Positions 6,475-16,732 of a stretch of 41,055 nt of DNA are shown piece by piece. The stretch comes from an uncultured Weeksellaceae bacterium. Its GTDB lineage: Bacteria > Bacteroidota > Bacteroidia > Flavobacteriales > BACL11. A model generated the notes under the pieces. The model searched no databases. It was not told the origin of the DNA and worked only from the letters and a program-made list of their open reading frames with translations. The stretch spans positions 1 through 41,055 of the forward strand of contig CAYZIA010000002.1 of assembly GCA_964478325.1 (NCBI GenBank), in the 5' to 3' direction. Every line of letters starts with the position of its first letter. Position 1 is the stretch's first letter. The position numbers and the translations under genes were made by a program.

Positions 6475-9069
6475 CTAACTTAGAAGTAAACTTACTTTCT
6501 TTAATGCCTTATCTATTCCATCTAAATTAGTTCCTCCAGCTGTAGCAAAGTTTGCTTGTCCTCCTCCTCCTCCATTTATTTCTAAACTAATTTCGTTAAT
6601 AAGATCTGCTGCATTTAGCTTTTTATGTTCCACCAAATCATCTGTAATCATAAGCATCAAGTACGCTTTTCCATTATTATCAGAAGCCAAAAGTACGAGC
6701 AAATTTTCTTGTTTTTTTAGTTTGAAGGCGATATTCTTCATTGATCCAGCACTCAAATCTACTTTCTCAGAAATTACATTAATTCCATTAACTTCACTAC
6801 TTTTATCTAGCAATTCCTTGATTAGGCCATCTATTTGTAGCAGTCTTAATTTTTCTAACTCTTTTTCTTTATTTTTATTAGTTAAAAGTAAATCCCCTAC
6901 ACTCTTGACTAAATCTTTAGTTTTTAATAAACGAGATAAACCTTCTAATACTTCTTCTTGCGAATTGACAAAATTCAAAGCTTTTGTACCAGAGATTGCT
7001 TCAATTCTTCTTATTCCAGCAGCTGTTGAGCTTTCAGAAATAATCTTAAAAAAGCCTATTTCTCCACTTGCTTTTACATGAGTACCTCCACATAATTCTT
7101 TGGAAGTATCAAACTGAATCATTCTGACAACATCTCCATATTTCTCACCAAAAAGCATCATAGCGCCCTCATTCTTTGCCTCAGAGAGTGGCATATTAGT
7201 ATGTTCTTTAAGCGGAATGTTACTTAAAATCTTTTTATTTACACTTTCTCCAATCTGACTAACTTCTTCCTTTGAAAGTTTAGAAAAATGGGAAAAGTCA
7301 AACCTTAAATAATCAGCACAAACCAAGGAACCCTTTTGTTGCACATGCTTCCCTAATACTTCTTGCAAACACTCATGTAAAAGGTGTGTTGCTGTATGAT
7401 TTCTTGCAATAGCAATTCTATCATCAGGATTTACATAAGCCCGAAAATCGGCTTTTGCATTTTTAGGAAGAGTATTGGTGACATGAAGGGTCTCATTATT
7501 TTCCTTTTTAGTATCTAATATCTCGATTGTTTCTTCTTCATTTTTGATAAATCCTTTATCACCAACTTGCCCTCCTCCTTCTGCATAAAATGGAGTTAGA
7601 TTAAACGCTAGGTGAAAAGTAGTTTCGTCTACATATTTTACTTCTCTATATTTAGTAATTTTAATGTCCGATTCTAACTTTTTGTAGCCCACAAACTCCT
7701 CCATCTCATCTTCAATCAGTATTCTCCAATCGCTAGTTTCTGTTTTTGCAGCAGATTTGGATCTCTCTTTTTGTTTTTGCATTTCTATATCAAAACCATC
7801 TGTATCACATTTCATGCCTTTTTCATTTAATATTAGTATTGTTAAATCTTTTGGGAAACCAAAAGTATCGTATAGCTCAAAAAGTTGTTTGCCTGAAATA
7901 TTACTTGTATTTTTAGTTATTTGCTGAATTCTTTTTAATCCTAATTCAAGAGTTCTTAAGAAAGATTTTTCTTCCTCTTTTACTACATTCTTTATAATAT
8001 CAATCTGAGAACTAATTTCTGGAAATTGTGATCCCATTTGCTTGTCTAATACATCAATTAATTGATACATAAATGGTTCTTTTATATCTAGGAAAGAATA
8101 GCCATATCGGACAGCCCTTCTTAAAATCCTACGGATCACATAACCTGCTTTAATATTAGAAGGCAACTGCCCATCTGCAATAGAGAATGCAATAGCTCGA
8201 ATATGGTCAGCAATCACCCGCATAGCAATATCTTCTTTTTCGTTTTTACCATATTCTATCTCAGAATACTTTTCTAGTGCTTGAATTATTGGCTGAAAGA
8301 TATCCGTATCATAATTAGACTTTTTACCTTGCATTATCATACAAAGTCTCTCAAAACCCATTCCGGTATCCACATGCCGGTTTGGCAGCTTCTCTAAACT
8401 ATTATCTGCTTTTCTACTAAATTGCATAAAAACCAAATTCCATATTTCAATAACTTGTGGGTGCTCTTTATTTACAAGTGTTGCTCCATCAATCTTTTCT
8501 CTTTCATCTTTATTTCTGTTGTCATAATGAATTTCACTGCAAGGCCCGCATGGTCCAGTCTCTCCCATTTCCCAAAAATTATCTTTTTTATTTCCATTTA
8601 AGATCCTCTCTTCTGACAGATGCTTTGCCCAAATATCAAAAGTTTCTTTATCTCTTAACAAGCCATCTTCTTTTTCTCCTTCAAAAACTGTTACATAAAG
8701 TCGGTCTTTATCTAACTTACAAGCCTCTATTAAAAATTCCCAAGACCATAATATAGCTTCTTCCTTAAAATAATCACCAAAACTCCAATTCCCCAACATC
8801 TCAAACATGGTATGATGATAAGTATCATGCCCAACTTCTTCCAAATCATTATGTTTCCCTGATACTCTCAAGCATTTCTGAGAATTTGTTATTCTTAAAT
8901 CAGTTGGGTTTGAATTACCTAAAAAGATATCCTTAAAGGGATTCATTCCTGCATTAGTGAACATTAAAGTAGAATCATTTTGTACTACTATAGGGGCAGA
9001 AGAAACAATTTGATGTTCTTTCCTTTGAAAAAAGTTTAAAAATAAAGTCCTTACTTTTTTAGAATCCAT
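6475..9069 (-). CDS. alaS: Alanine--tRNA ligase
   Basis: 864 aa. It has a class II AlaRS catalytic core (FTNAGMNPFKD, RVSGKHNDLEEVG), the editing-domain HxxxH motif (HTATHLLH), CGGTH, and a C-terminal DHHA1-like region. Confidence 0.97.
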   Translation of the reverse strand: MDSKKVRTLFLNFFQRKEHQIVSSAPIVVQNDSTLMFTNAGMNPFKDIFLGNSNPTDLRITNSQKCLRVSGKHNDLEEVGHDTYHHTMFEMLGNWSFGDYFKEEAILWSWEFLIEACKLDKDRLYVTVFEGEKEDGLLRDKETFDIWAKHLSEERILNGNKKDNFWEMGETGPCGPCSEIHYDNRNKDEREKIDGATLVNKEHPQVIEIWNLVFMQFSRKADNSLEKLPNRHVDTGMGFERLCMIMQGKKSNYDTDIFQPIIQALEKYSEIEYGKNEKEDIAMRVIADHIRAIAFSIADGQLPSNIKAGYVIRRILRRAVRYGYSFLDIKEPFMYQLIDVLDKQMGSQFPEISSQIDIIKNVVKEEEKSFLRTLELGLKRIQQITKNTSNISGKQLFELYDTFGFPKDLTILILNEKGMKCDTDGFDIEMQKQKERSKSAAKTETSDWRILIEDEMEEFVGYKKLESDIKITKYREVKYVDETTFHLAFNLTPFYAEGGGQVGDKGFIKNEEETIEILDTKKENNETLHVTNTLPKNAKADFRAYVNPDDRIAIARNHTATHLLHECLQEVLGKHVQQKGSLVCADYLRFDFSHFSKLSKEEVSQIGESVNKKILSNIPLKEHTNMPLSEAKNEGAMMLFGEKYGDVVRMIQFDTSKELCGGTHVKASGEIGFFKIISESSTAAGIRRIEAISGTKALNFVNSQEEVLEGLSRLLKTKDLVKSVGDLLLTNKNKEKELEKLRLLQIDGLIKELLDKSSEVNGINVISEKVDLSAGSMKNIAFKLKKQENLLVLLASDNNGKAYLMLMITDDLVEHKKLNAADLINEISLEINGGGGGQANFATAGGTNLDGIDKALKKVSLLLS

Positions 9070-9144
9070 ATAGTTAGTTTTGTCTATTCACATTAATGTG
9101 TTAGAAATCAGTAAATTTTGCGCCTCAATATAATGTAATTTAAC

Positions 9145-9152
9145 TAATTTTG
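9145..9152 (+). promoter_or_regulatory. Candidate -7 promoter box (TAATTTTG) for the M23 peptidase/MerR pair
   Basis: Exact TAnnTTTG, 16 nt upstream of the ATG at 9169. Confidence 0.4.
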
Positions 9153-9168
9153 CGAAAGAACTAATTTC

Positions 9169-10140
9169 ATGGCTAAAATAAAATATTATTACGATACTAA
9201 AACATTAAGTTACAAGCGAATTGAACTAAATACTTTTGATAAGTTCAAACGCTCTTTAAGCTATCTGGCGGCTTCTACTTTTACTGGGCTTATAATGATT
9301 ATTATCTTTTTCCAATTTTTTGATAGCCCAAAGGAGAAAAGATTGAAAAGTGAGATTGAGAATTTGGTAACTCAATATGATATTTTGAGCAAGAAGATGA
9401 CTCAAATTGACTTAGTACTAGATGACATTCAACAAAGAGATGACAATATTTACAGAGTTATTTTTGAAGCTGACCCTATTCCTTCTTCTATTAGAAAAGC
9501 AGGTTTTGGAGGCGTAAATAGATATAAAGATATTCGTAATTTTAGCAATTCTGAATTGGTAATTGAGGTGGCTAAAAAGGCTGATAAATTGTCAAAACAA
9601 CTCTATATTCAATCCAAATCATTTGATGAAGTAATTAATTTAGCAAAAAATAAGGCTGATATGTTGGCATCTATTCCTGCTATTCAACCAATTGCTAACA
9701 AGGATCTAGGAAGAGTAGCAAGTGGTTATGGCTACAGAATTCATCCCATTTACAAAACCAGAAAACTACATACTGGTATGGATTTTACCGCTCCGCAAGG
9801 TACCCCAATATATTCTACTGGTGATGGTAAAATAGAAAAAGTGAAAAGAAGTAGAAAAGGTTATGGTAATCATGTTATTATTGATCATGGCTATGGTTAC
9901 CAAACTCTTTATGCTCATATGAAAAAATACATAGTTTATAGAGGTCAAAAAGTAAAAAGGGGAGAAATAATTGGTTATGTCGGAAGTACAGGAACATCTG
10001 TTGCTCCTCATTTACATTATGAAGTAATGAAAAACAAAAGGAAAATAAATCCTGTGAATTATTATTATAATGATTTGAGCCCAGAAGAATATGAAAAAAT
10101 GCTTGAAATTTCCTCTCAAAATAACCAGTCATTTGACTAA
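9169..10140 (+). CDS. M23 family metallopeptidase (membrane-anchored, LytM/NlpD-like)
   Basis: N-terminal TM helix and a coiled-coil region. The M23 motifs HTGMDF, GYGNHVIIDHG and STGTSVAPHLHYEV are present. Confidence 0.9.
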   Translation: MAKIKYYYDTKTLSYKRIELNTFDKFKRSLSYLAASTFTGLIMIIIFFQFFDSPKEKRLKSEIENLVTQYDILSKKMTQIDLVLDDIQQRDDNIYRVIFEADPIPSSIRKAGFGGVNRYKDIRNFSNSELVIEVAKKADKLSKQLYIQSKSFDEVINLAKNKADMLASIPAIQPIANKDLGRVASGYGYRIHPIYKTRKLHTGMDFTAPQGTPIYSTGDGKIEKVKRSRKGYGNHVIIDHGYGYQTLYAHMKKYIVYRGQKVKRGEIIGYVGSTGTSVAPHLHYEVMKNKRKINPVNYYYNDLSPEEYEKMLEISSQNNQSFD

Positions 10141-10475
10141 TGACTTATAAGGAGAAAAAAATAGAAAAGTTGTTTTATCCCATTGGAGAAGTTGCAAAAA
10201 TTTTTGATGTAAGCGTATCATCTATTCGGTATTGGGAAAAGGAATTTAATATTCTAAAACCTAAAAAAAATAAAAAGGGGAATAGAATGTTTACTAAAAA
10301 AGATCTTGATAATTTGAGGATAATCTATCATTTAACCAAAGAAAGAGGGTTTACTTTGGAAGGAGCAAAAAAGAAATTACGTGATAACAAAATGGATACT
10401 ATTGATAATGTGGAAATCATCACGCATTTAAGAAATATTCGAAAATTTTTAGTAGAATTTAGAGAAGAACTTTAA
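10140..10475 (+). CDS. MerR family transcriptional regulator (small, 111 aa)
   Basis: MerR-type HTH (YPIGEVAKIFDVSVSSIRYWEKEF). The start codon overlaps the M23 stop (TAATG). Confidence 0.8.
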   Translation: MTYKEKKIEKLFYPIGEVAKIFDVSVSSIRYWEKEFNILKPKKNKKGNRMFTKKDLDNLRIIYHLTKERGFTLEGAKKKLRDNKMDTIDNVEIITHLRNIRKFLVEFREEL

Positions 10476-11437
10476 TAATACTCGCCTTTTATTAAATAGG
10501 ATCTTACATAATCCTCTACCCCATTTTCTAAAGTTGTGAAGAGAGTCTGATAACCAATACTTCTTAGTTTTTGCATATTACTTTCTGTAAAATACTGATA
10601 TTTATCGATGATATCTTCTGGTGTATCAATAAAAGAAATATTTGGTATTTTATCTAATGCGTTAAAAGTTGCTCTTGCTAAATCATTAAACGATCTTGCT
10701 TTTCCGGTTCCTAAATTATAAATTCCACTATCTTTTTTATGCTCCATCATAAAAAGAAGTACCTTACATAAATCCTTCACATATATGAAATCTCTTAACT
10801 GCTCACCATCTTTAAAATCAGGATTATGAGAACGAAAAAGCTTCATCTCTCCATTTTGTTTTATCTGATTAAAAGCGTGAAAAATAACGGAAGCCATTCT
10901 GCCTTTATGATATTCATTTGGGCCAAAAACATTGAAAAATTTAAATCCAGCCCAGAATGGTGGTTTAGAATTTTGCCCTAAAACCCATTTATCAAAATCA
11001 TTTTTCGACTGTCCATAAGGGTTTAGTGGTTTTAATTTTTCTATCATTTTATGATTATCATCAAAGCCAAATTCTCCCATTCCGTAAGTCGCTGCAGAGG
11101 AGGCGTAAATAAGTGGAATTTGATAATTTGCACATTTTTCCCACAAATTCTTGGAATAATTTAAGTTTAACTCATCAAAAATGGCTTGGTCAAATTCTGT
11201 TGTATCCGTTCTGGCTCCAATATGTAGAATAAAATCTATAGAATAGTTATTTGAAGAAATCAACTGCATCAAATCCATTCGTTTTACTTTCTTAGCATAT
11301 TGCTTCCCCTCTAGATTTCTATTCTTATTCTGATCTGAAAAATCATCTGCTAATATCAAATGATTATATCCATTATCATTTAGTGTTCGTACTAAACAAC
11401 TACCTATAAAACCTGCTGCACCAGTTACAATTATCAT
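10472..11437 (-). CDS. hldD: ADP-L-glycero-D-manno-heptose 6-epimerase-like NAD-dependent epimerase
   Basis: It shows [13 protein letters not shown], the Rossmann nucleotide-binding motif, plus [20 protein letters not shown] and [10 protein letters not shown]. These match my recollection of E. coli HldD/RfaD block for block. Confidence 0.8.
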   Translation of the reverse strand: MIIVTGAAGFIGSCLVRTLNDNGYNHLILADDFSDQNKNRNLEGKQYAKKVKRMDLMQLISSNNYSIDFILHIGARTDTTEFDQAIFDELNLNYSKNLWEKCANYQIPLIYASSAATYGMGEFGFDDNHKMIEKLKPLNPYGQSKNDFDKWVLGQNSKPPFWAGFKFFNVFGPNEYHKGRMASVIFHAFNQIKQNGEMKLFRSHNPDFKDGEQLRDFIYVKDLCKVLLFMMEHKKDSGIYNLGTGKARSFNDLARATFNALDKIPNISFIDTPEDIIDKYQYFTESNMQKLRSIGYQTLFTTLENGVEDYVRSYLIKGEYY

Positions 11438-12156
11438 CTTAGCTCAAAGTTTTTTCCAAGATACACTTTTCTTACTCTCTCATCTGTAGCTAACTCTTCT
11501 GCTGTTCCAGATTTCAATATTTTTCCTTCAAAAAGAAGATATGCTCTATCGGTTATTGAAAGTGTTTCATGCACATTATGATCGGTAATAAGTATGCCAA
11601 TATTTTTATCTTTAAGTGTTGCTACTATTTGCTGAATATCCTCAACCGCAATAGGATCAACTCCTGCAAATGGCTCATCCAACAAAATAAACTTAGGGTT
11701 TGTTGCTAAAGCTCTTGCTATTTCTGTTCTCCTTCTTTCTCCTCCTGAGAGTAATCCTCCCATATTTTTTCTGATATTTTGCAAACCAAACTCTGAAAGT
11801 AAAGACTCACACTTTTCTTTTTGTTTCTCTTTAGATTCATTAGTCATTTCCAAAACTGAGAGGAGATTGTCTTCCACCGACATTTTTCTAAAAACAGAAG
11901 CTTCTTGTGCTAAATATCCAATTCCCATTTTAGCTCTTTTATACATGGGTAATTCCGTAATATTTTTCTCCCCTAAAAACACATCACCAGCATTAGGAGA
12001 AATAAGCCCTACCATCATGTAAAAACTAGTCGTTTTTCCAGCCCCATTCGGCCCAAGCAAACCAACTATCTCCCCTTGACTTAGCTCAATATTCACCTCA
12101 TCAACCACTGCTCTTTTCTTGTAATATTTTACAATATTCTCTGCTTTTAATTTCAT
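11434..12156 (-). CDS. lptB: LPS export ABC transporter ATP-binding protein
   Basis: 240 aa. It has [17 protein letters not shown] and [12 protein letters not shown], and a C-terminal end typical of LptB. Confidence 0.9.
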   Translation of the reverse strand: MKLKAENIVKYYKKRAVVDEVNIELSQGEIVGLLGPNGAGKTTSFYMMVGLISPNAGDVFLGEKNITELPMYKRAKMGIGYLAQEASVFRKMSVEDNLLSVLEMTNESKEKQKEKCESLLSEFGLQNIRKNMGGLLSGGERRRTEIARALATNPKFILLDEPFAGVDPIAVEDIQQIVATLKDKNIGILITDHNVHETLSITDRAYLLFEGKILKSGTAEELATDERVRKVYLGKNFELR

Positions 12157-12977
12157 TGTTTTTTCAATTGTTTTTCTTGTTTTCTGAGTACTCTTCCGGA
12201 TATTTTTATGCTTATTTCATAAAGTACCATAAGTGGCAATGCAACCAAAATCTGACTTGTAATATCTGGAGGAGTAATAATTGCTGAGAAAATAAGTGTT
12301 AAAACTAGGGCATGTTTTCGATAAGTACGCATAAACTCTGGGGTGAGCAAACGAATCTTTGTAAGAAAATAAACTAAAATTGGCAATTCGAAAACTACTC
12401 CATTGGCCAAGCAAACAGTGGAAATTGTGCTTATAAAAGAGCTTAAAGAAATCTGATTTTCTACAGTTTGACTGACTTGATAAGATCCTAAAAAGTGAAT
12501 CGAAAGAGGAGCAACCACATAATATCCGAACAATACCCCTATTAAAAAAAGTGAAGAAGAAAAAAAAACAACTCCTGTTGCTGCATTACTTTCCTCATCA
12601 TACAAGGCAGGAGAAATAAATCGCCACATTTCCCAGAAAATATAAGGAAAAGCCATAACAAAACCTGCTACTATAGATATCATTATATGAGTGCTAAACT
12701 GCCCAGACATACTAATATTCATTAAAATAAAAGGCAACTCATCCATACAAAGCGTATCCCCCATTCCAATATGCTGAGATAAGTAACAAAGTATCTTATA
12801 AGTTGGAAAATTGGGGTTTTTAGGAGCAAGTAGGATGTTATCAAAGACTATCTCTTTAAATATAAATGCAAGAATTGAAAAAAATAAAATCGCAAAACCC
12901 GAACGAACCAAATGCCATCTGAACACTTCTAAATGTTCTAAAAACGACATCTCTTCTTTTTGTCTCTTAGTATTCAT
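12153..12977 (-). CDS. tatC: Twin-arginine translocase subunit TatC
   Basis: Six-TM protein with [13 protein letters not shown] at the N-terminus and PPD in ITPPDITSQ. It overlaps lptB by 4 nt. Confidence 0.9.
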   Translation of the reverse strand: MNTKRQKEEMSFLEHLEVFRWHLVRSGFAILFFSILAFIFKEIVFDNILLAPKNPNFPTYKILCYLSQHIGMGDTLCMDELPFILMNISMSGQFSTHIMISIVAGFVMAFPYIFWEMWRFISPALYDEESNAATGVVFFSSSLFLIGVLFGYYVVAPLSIHFLGSYQVSQTVENQISLSSFISTISTVCLANGVVFELPILVYFLTKIRLLTPEFMRTYRKHALVLTLIFSAIITPPDITSQILVALPLMVLYEISIKISGRVLRKQEKQLKKQ

Positions 12978-13943
12978 TTAAGCAATTCCCTCTTTAAGAA
13001 TATCATGAAGATGAATTATTCCAATATAAGCTTCGTTCTCTACTACAAGTAGTTGGCTAATATTGTTCTGCTCCATTATTTTAAGTGCTTCAATAGCAAG
13101 TTCTGAAGAAAGAATGCTTTTTGGATTATTATTCATTATGTTCTTTGCCAGCACTTTTTCTATTTGTACCTCTTTTTCTAACATCCTTCTTAAATCACCA
13201 TCCGTAATTATTCCTGCGATCTTCTCCCCTTCTAAAACAACTGTTGCGCCCAATCTTTTTTCAGAAATCTCTATAATTACTTTCTGTATCTTATCTTTAA
13301 CTTGAACTGATGGAACTTCATTATTTTTTACAATATCACTTACTTTTAAGTATAACCTTTTACCTAAAACACCTCCTGGATGGAAACGTGCAAAATCTTT
13401 ATCTGTAAAGTTCTTGCTTTCTAAAAGGCAAATAGCCAAAGCATCTCCCAAAACTAATTGTGCAGTAGTGCTTGAAGTAGGTGTTAGATTGTGAGGGCAA
13501 GCCTCTTTCTTCACGCTTGCATCTAATACGAAATCGGCCTGATTTTCTAGATAAGAACTATTATTACCGCAAATGGCTATAATTTTGTTCCCCATATTTT
13601 TGATTAGTGGCAAAAGATATTTTATTTCGGAAGTGTTGCCACTTTTTGAAATACAAATTACCACATCATTCTTTTGAATATTACCCAAATCTCCATGAAT
13701 AGCATCAGCTGCATGTAAAAAAACAGCTGGTTGGCCAGTTGAATTAAAAGTAGCAACTATTTTACTGGCAATATTGGCAGATTTTCCAACACCTGCCACT
13801 ATTACTCTTCCGTTTGAGGACAATATAAGTTGTACCGCTTGAGCAAAATCATCACTTAATTTCCCTATCAATTCTTCAATTATTTCCGATTCTAATCCGA
13901 TAACTGATTTGGCAATTCTTAATATTTGCGAAATAGATTTCAA
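12978..13943 (-). CDS. kpsF: Arabinose-5-phosphate isomerase (KpsF/GutQ/KdsD family; SIS domain plus two CBS domains)
   Basis: SIS motifs GVGKSANIASK and SKSGNTSE, followed by a tandem CBS region. The only in-frame start before the SIS domain is TTG at 13943. Confidence 0.9.
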   Translation of the reverse strand: MKSISQILRIAKSVIGLESEIIEELIGKLSDDFAQAVQLILSSNGRVIVAGVGKSANIASKIVATFNSTGQPAVFLHAADAIHGDLGNIQKNDVVICISKSGNTSEIKYLLPLIKNMGNKIIAICGNNSSYLENQADFVLDASVKKEACPHNLTPTSSTTAQLVLGDALAICLLESKNFTDKDFARFHPGGVLGKRLYLKVSDIVKNNEVPSVQVKDKIQKVIIEISEKRLGATVVLEGEKIAGIITDGDLRRMLEKEVQIEKVLAKNIMNNNPKSILSSELAIEALKIMEQNNISQLLVVENEAYIGIIHLHDILKEGIA

Positions 13944-13993
13944 TTTCTCAATAATTAATTAAATATTATTTTATTTCTCTTTTGTAATTTATG

Positions 13994-14001
13994 CAAAAGT
14001 A
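13994..14001 (-). promoter_or_regulatory. Candidate -7 promoter box (TACTTTTG on the minus strand) for the kpsF-tatC-lptB-hldD operon
   Basis: Exact TAnnTTTG, 50 nt upstream of the kpsF start. Confidence 0.35.
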
Positions 14002-14029
14002 TTACTTTTAGAAAAATATTAAGGATTGA

Positions 14030-16213
14030 ATGATTAAATCTCAACTTACATTACACGACCATCTGAAAAATATTTTTGGTTTTAGTAGTTTTAAAGGAAG
14101 GCAGGAGGAAATAATTAAAACCCTACAAAAAGGAAATGACTCCTTGGTAATTATGCCAACAGGAGGGGGAAAATCTATGTGTTATCAACTTCCTGCCCTT
14201 CTTGATAAGGGAGTAGCCATTATTATTTCTCCACTTATTGCCCTAATGAAGAACCAAGTAGATACTATTAGAGGATTTAACAAAAATGATAGTATCGCTC
14301 ATGTTTTGAATTCTTCTCTAAACAAACAAGAAGTTCAGGGTGTAAAAGATGATCTTTCTTCTGGGAAAACAAAATTATTATATGTAGCGCCAGAATCGCT
14401 AACCAAAGAGGAGTATATCTTGTTTTTAAGAAACATAAAAATTTCTTTTTATGCAGTGGATGAGGCACATTGCATCTCGGAATGGGGACACGATTTTAGA
14501 CCAGAATACCGAAAACTAAGACAAATAATTGACAATATTGGCAGAAAACCAATTATTGCACTTACTGCAACTGCTACTCCAAAAGTACAGCAAGATATTC
14601 AAAAGAATCTACAATTGGAGAATGTAAAAATCTTTTTAGACTCCTTTAATAGAGAAAATCTTTATTATGATATCCGTCCAAAAATAAATGTGGAGAAGGA
14701 GATTATTAAGTTTATTAAAAAACAAACTGGAAAATCTGGAATTATTTATTGTTTAAGTAGAAAAAAAGTAGAAGAAATTGCAGAAACTTTGCAAGTAAAC
14801 GGCATCAATGCCCTCCCATACCATGCGGGATTGGAAAGTAAAGTTAGAGTGCAACATCAGGATGCTTTTTTGATGGAAGATGCAGATGTAATTGTTGCTA
14901 CAATTGCTTTCGGAATGGGAATTGACAAACCCGATATTCGATTTGTTATTCATCATGATATTCCTAAAAGTTTAGAGGGATATTACCAAGAAACAGGACG
15001 TGCTGGAAGGGATGGAGGAGAAGGAAATTGTGTTACATTCTATAGTTATAAGGATATTGAGAAATTAGAAAACTTCTTGCATGGAAAACCCGTCTCTGAA
15101 GTGGAAGTTGGTCGTCTTTTAATCCTGGAAACTATCTCATTTGCTGAAACATCTATGTGTAGAAGAAAATACCTTTTACATTATTTTGGAGAGGAATTTA
15201 ATGATACTAAATGTGATAGTATGTGCGATAATTGCAAACATCCGAAACCAAAATTTGAAGGGAAAGGTTTTGTGTTAAAATTACTTAAAACTATGCTTGC
15301 CTGTAATGAGAGTTTTAAGGCAAAGGAAACTGTAAAAATATTAGTTGGAGAAAGTAATAGTTTAATAAAACAGCACCAATCCATAATAGGTGATGTTTTT
15401 GCTTGTGGCACGGAAAAAAGCAAAGAATTTTGGCATGCAGTAATTAGGCAAGCCTATGTACAAGGGCTAATTACAAAAGAGATTGAAACCTATGGTATTC
15501 TAAAAATAGCTAAAAAAGGTGAAAAATTCTTAAAGCAACCTTTTGCTTTTGAGTTAACAGAAGATCATAATTACGATCAGTTAAACACGGAATCGATTGG
15601 AAAACAAAAAGGTGGGGCAGCGGATATAATACTCTTTAAAATACTTAAAGATCATAGAAAGAAAATAGCAAAAATAAAGAAATTACCTCCTCCTATTATT
15701 TTCTTGGAACCATCTCTTGTTGATATGGCAAACCAATACCCCATCAATATGGAAGAAATGAGTCAAATTCAGGGGGTTGGACAAGGGAAAGCGGAAAAAT
15801 ACGGAGAATCCTTTATTGATATTATTAAAAAATATGTGAAGGAGAATGAAATTGAAAGGCCATCTGATATGATAGTTCGTTCCTTGGCAAACAAATCAGC
15901 CAATAAAATATATATTATTCAAAATATTGATAAAAAAATTCCCCTTGCTGATATTGCGTCTGCAAAGGGGAAAACAGTAGATGAACTTTTAACAGAAATT
16001 GAAAGTATTGTAGATTCTGGAACCAGAATAAATCTTGCTTATCTAATAGATGAGACATTTGAAGATTATCAAATAGAAGAAATAAATAACATTTTAATTG
16101 AATCAGAAGAAGCCTCCTTTCTAGAATTAAGAGAAGAGTTTGATGAAGACGAATTTACAGATGAAGAACTAAGAATAATACGAATTCAATTTATATCCCA
16201 AATAGGAAATTAA
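14030..16213 (+). CDS. recQ: ATP-dependent DNA helicase RecQ
   Basis: 727 aa. Motifs are MPTGGGKSMCYQLP, the DEAH box (VDEAHCISEWGHDFRPEY) and QETGRAGRDG. It also has the Zn-binding Cys cluster, RQC and HRDC regions. Confidence 0.96.
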   Translation: MIKSQLTLHDHLKNIFGFSSFKGRQEEIIKTLQKGNDSLVIMPTGGGKSMCYQLPALLDKGVAIIISPLIALMKNQVDTIRGFNKNDSIAHVLNSSLNKQEVQGVKDDLSSGKTKLLYVAPESLTKEEYILFLRNIKISFYAVDEAHCISEWGHDFRPEYRKLRQIIDNIGRKPIIALTATATPKVQQDIQKNLQLENVKIFLDSFNRENLYYDIRPKINVEKEIIKFIKKQTGKSGIIYCLSRKKVEEIAETLQVNGINALPYHAGLESKVRVQHQDAFLMEDADVIVATIAFGMGIDKPDIRFVIHHDIPKSLEGYYQETGRAGRDGGEGNCVTFYSYKDIEKLENFLHGKPVSEVEVGRLLILETISFAETSMCRRKYLLHYFGEEFNDTKCDSMCDNCKHPKPKFEGKGFVLKLLKTMLACNESFKAKETVKILVGESNSLIKQHQSIIGDVFACGTEKSKEFWHAVIRQAYVQGLITKEIETYGILKIAKKGEKFLKQPFAFELTEDHNYDQLNTESIGKQKGGAADIILFKILKDHRKKIAKIKKLPPPIIFLEPSLVDMANQYPINMEEMSQIQGVGQGKAEKYGESFIDIIKKYVKENEIERPSDMIVRSLANKSANKIYIIQNIDKKIPLADIASAKGKTVDELLTEIESIVDSGTRINLAYLIDETFEDYQIEEINNILIESEEASFLELREEFDEDEFTDEELRIIRIQFISQIGN

Positions 16214-16216
16214 AGA

Positions 16217-16732
16217 ATGAATACACTAATTATATCTTCTTCCTTTTCGAAAAAATCTCGTTCTTTTATTCTTTGTAAAGCAATAGATACTGAGTTGCAA
16301 AAAAAAGGTGTTAATGTAGAGCTTCTGGATGCTAGAAAAATGGACCTACTTCCTTGCCATAAAGGAGTAACTACTAGTATGGAAGAATTAACAACAAAAG
16401 TAGAAAATGCAGATAATATTATTTTTGGAATGGGTGTACATTGCTATTCCATAAATGATGGCTTAAAAATAATCTTGGATAATTGTTGTGGTGGTGGAGT
16501 AGGTAAATTTTTTGGTATAGTATGTGCTGCTGGAGGAGAAAAAAGTTACCTTTCTAGCATGCACCTTACACAAATTTGCATGAATGAGTGGAGAATGATA
16601 CAACTACCAAGAATAGTGTATGCTACAGGAAAAGATTTTGAAGGAAATAGAATATCCAATGATGATTTAAAAGATAGAATAAAATTATTTGTGGAGGAAT
16701 TTACAATAATTGGAGAGAAACTAATTAGCTAG
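16217..16732 (+). CDS. Flavodoxin-like NAD(P)H-dependent FMN reductase family protein
   Basis: 171 aa. The N-terminal LIISSSFSKKSRS loop is typical of the NADPH-dependent FMN reductase fold. It starts 3 nt after recQ. Confidence 0.6.
   Translation: MNTLIISSSFSKKSRSFILCKAIDTELQKKGVNVELLDARKMDLLPCHKGVTTSMEELTTKVENADNIIFGMGVHCYSINDGLKIILDNCCGGGVGKFFGIVCAAGGEKSYLSSMHLTQICMNEWRMIQLPRIVYATGKDFEGNRISNDDLKDRIKLFVEEFTIIGEKLIS

Noticed and set aside
6722-10132. ORF-track entries 6722..7081 (+) and 8457..8756 (+), antisense to alaS, and 9766..10011 (-) and 9878..10132 (-), antisense to the M23 peptidase gene
   Set aside because: They are embedded in strongly supported genes and have no signal, motif or promoter context. 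They are shadow ORFs.
12560-12568. Homopolymer runs (A9 at 12560-12568 inside tatC; T9 at 19651-19659 inside the Omp85-like gene) as possible slipped-strand phase-variation tracts
   Set aside because: They encode Phe-Phe and Lys-Lys runs, which are expected in an AT-rich genome. tatC is a core gene and an unlikely phase-variation target. One sequence cannot show length polymorphism.
12217-15423. ORF-track entries 12217..12414 (-, alternative frame within tatC), 13063..13305 (+, antisense to kpsF), and 14277..14468, 14753..14956 and 15181..15423 (-, antisense to recQ)
   Set aside because: They are shadow or alternative-frame ORFs inside conserved genes, with no independent support.
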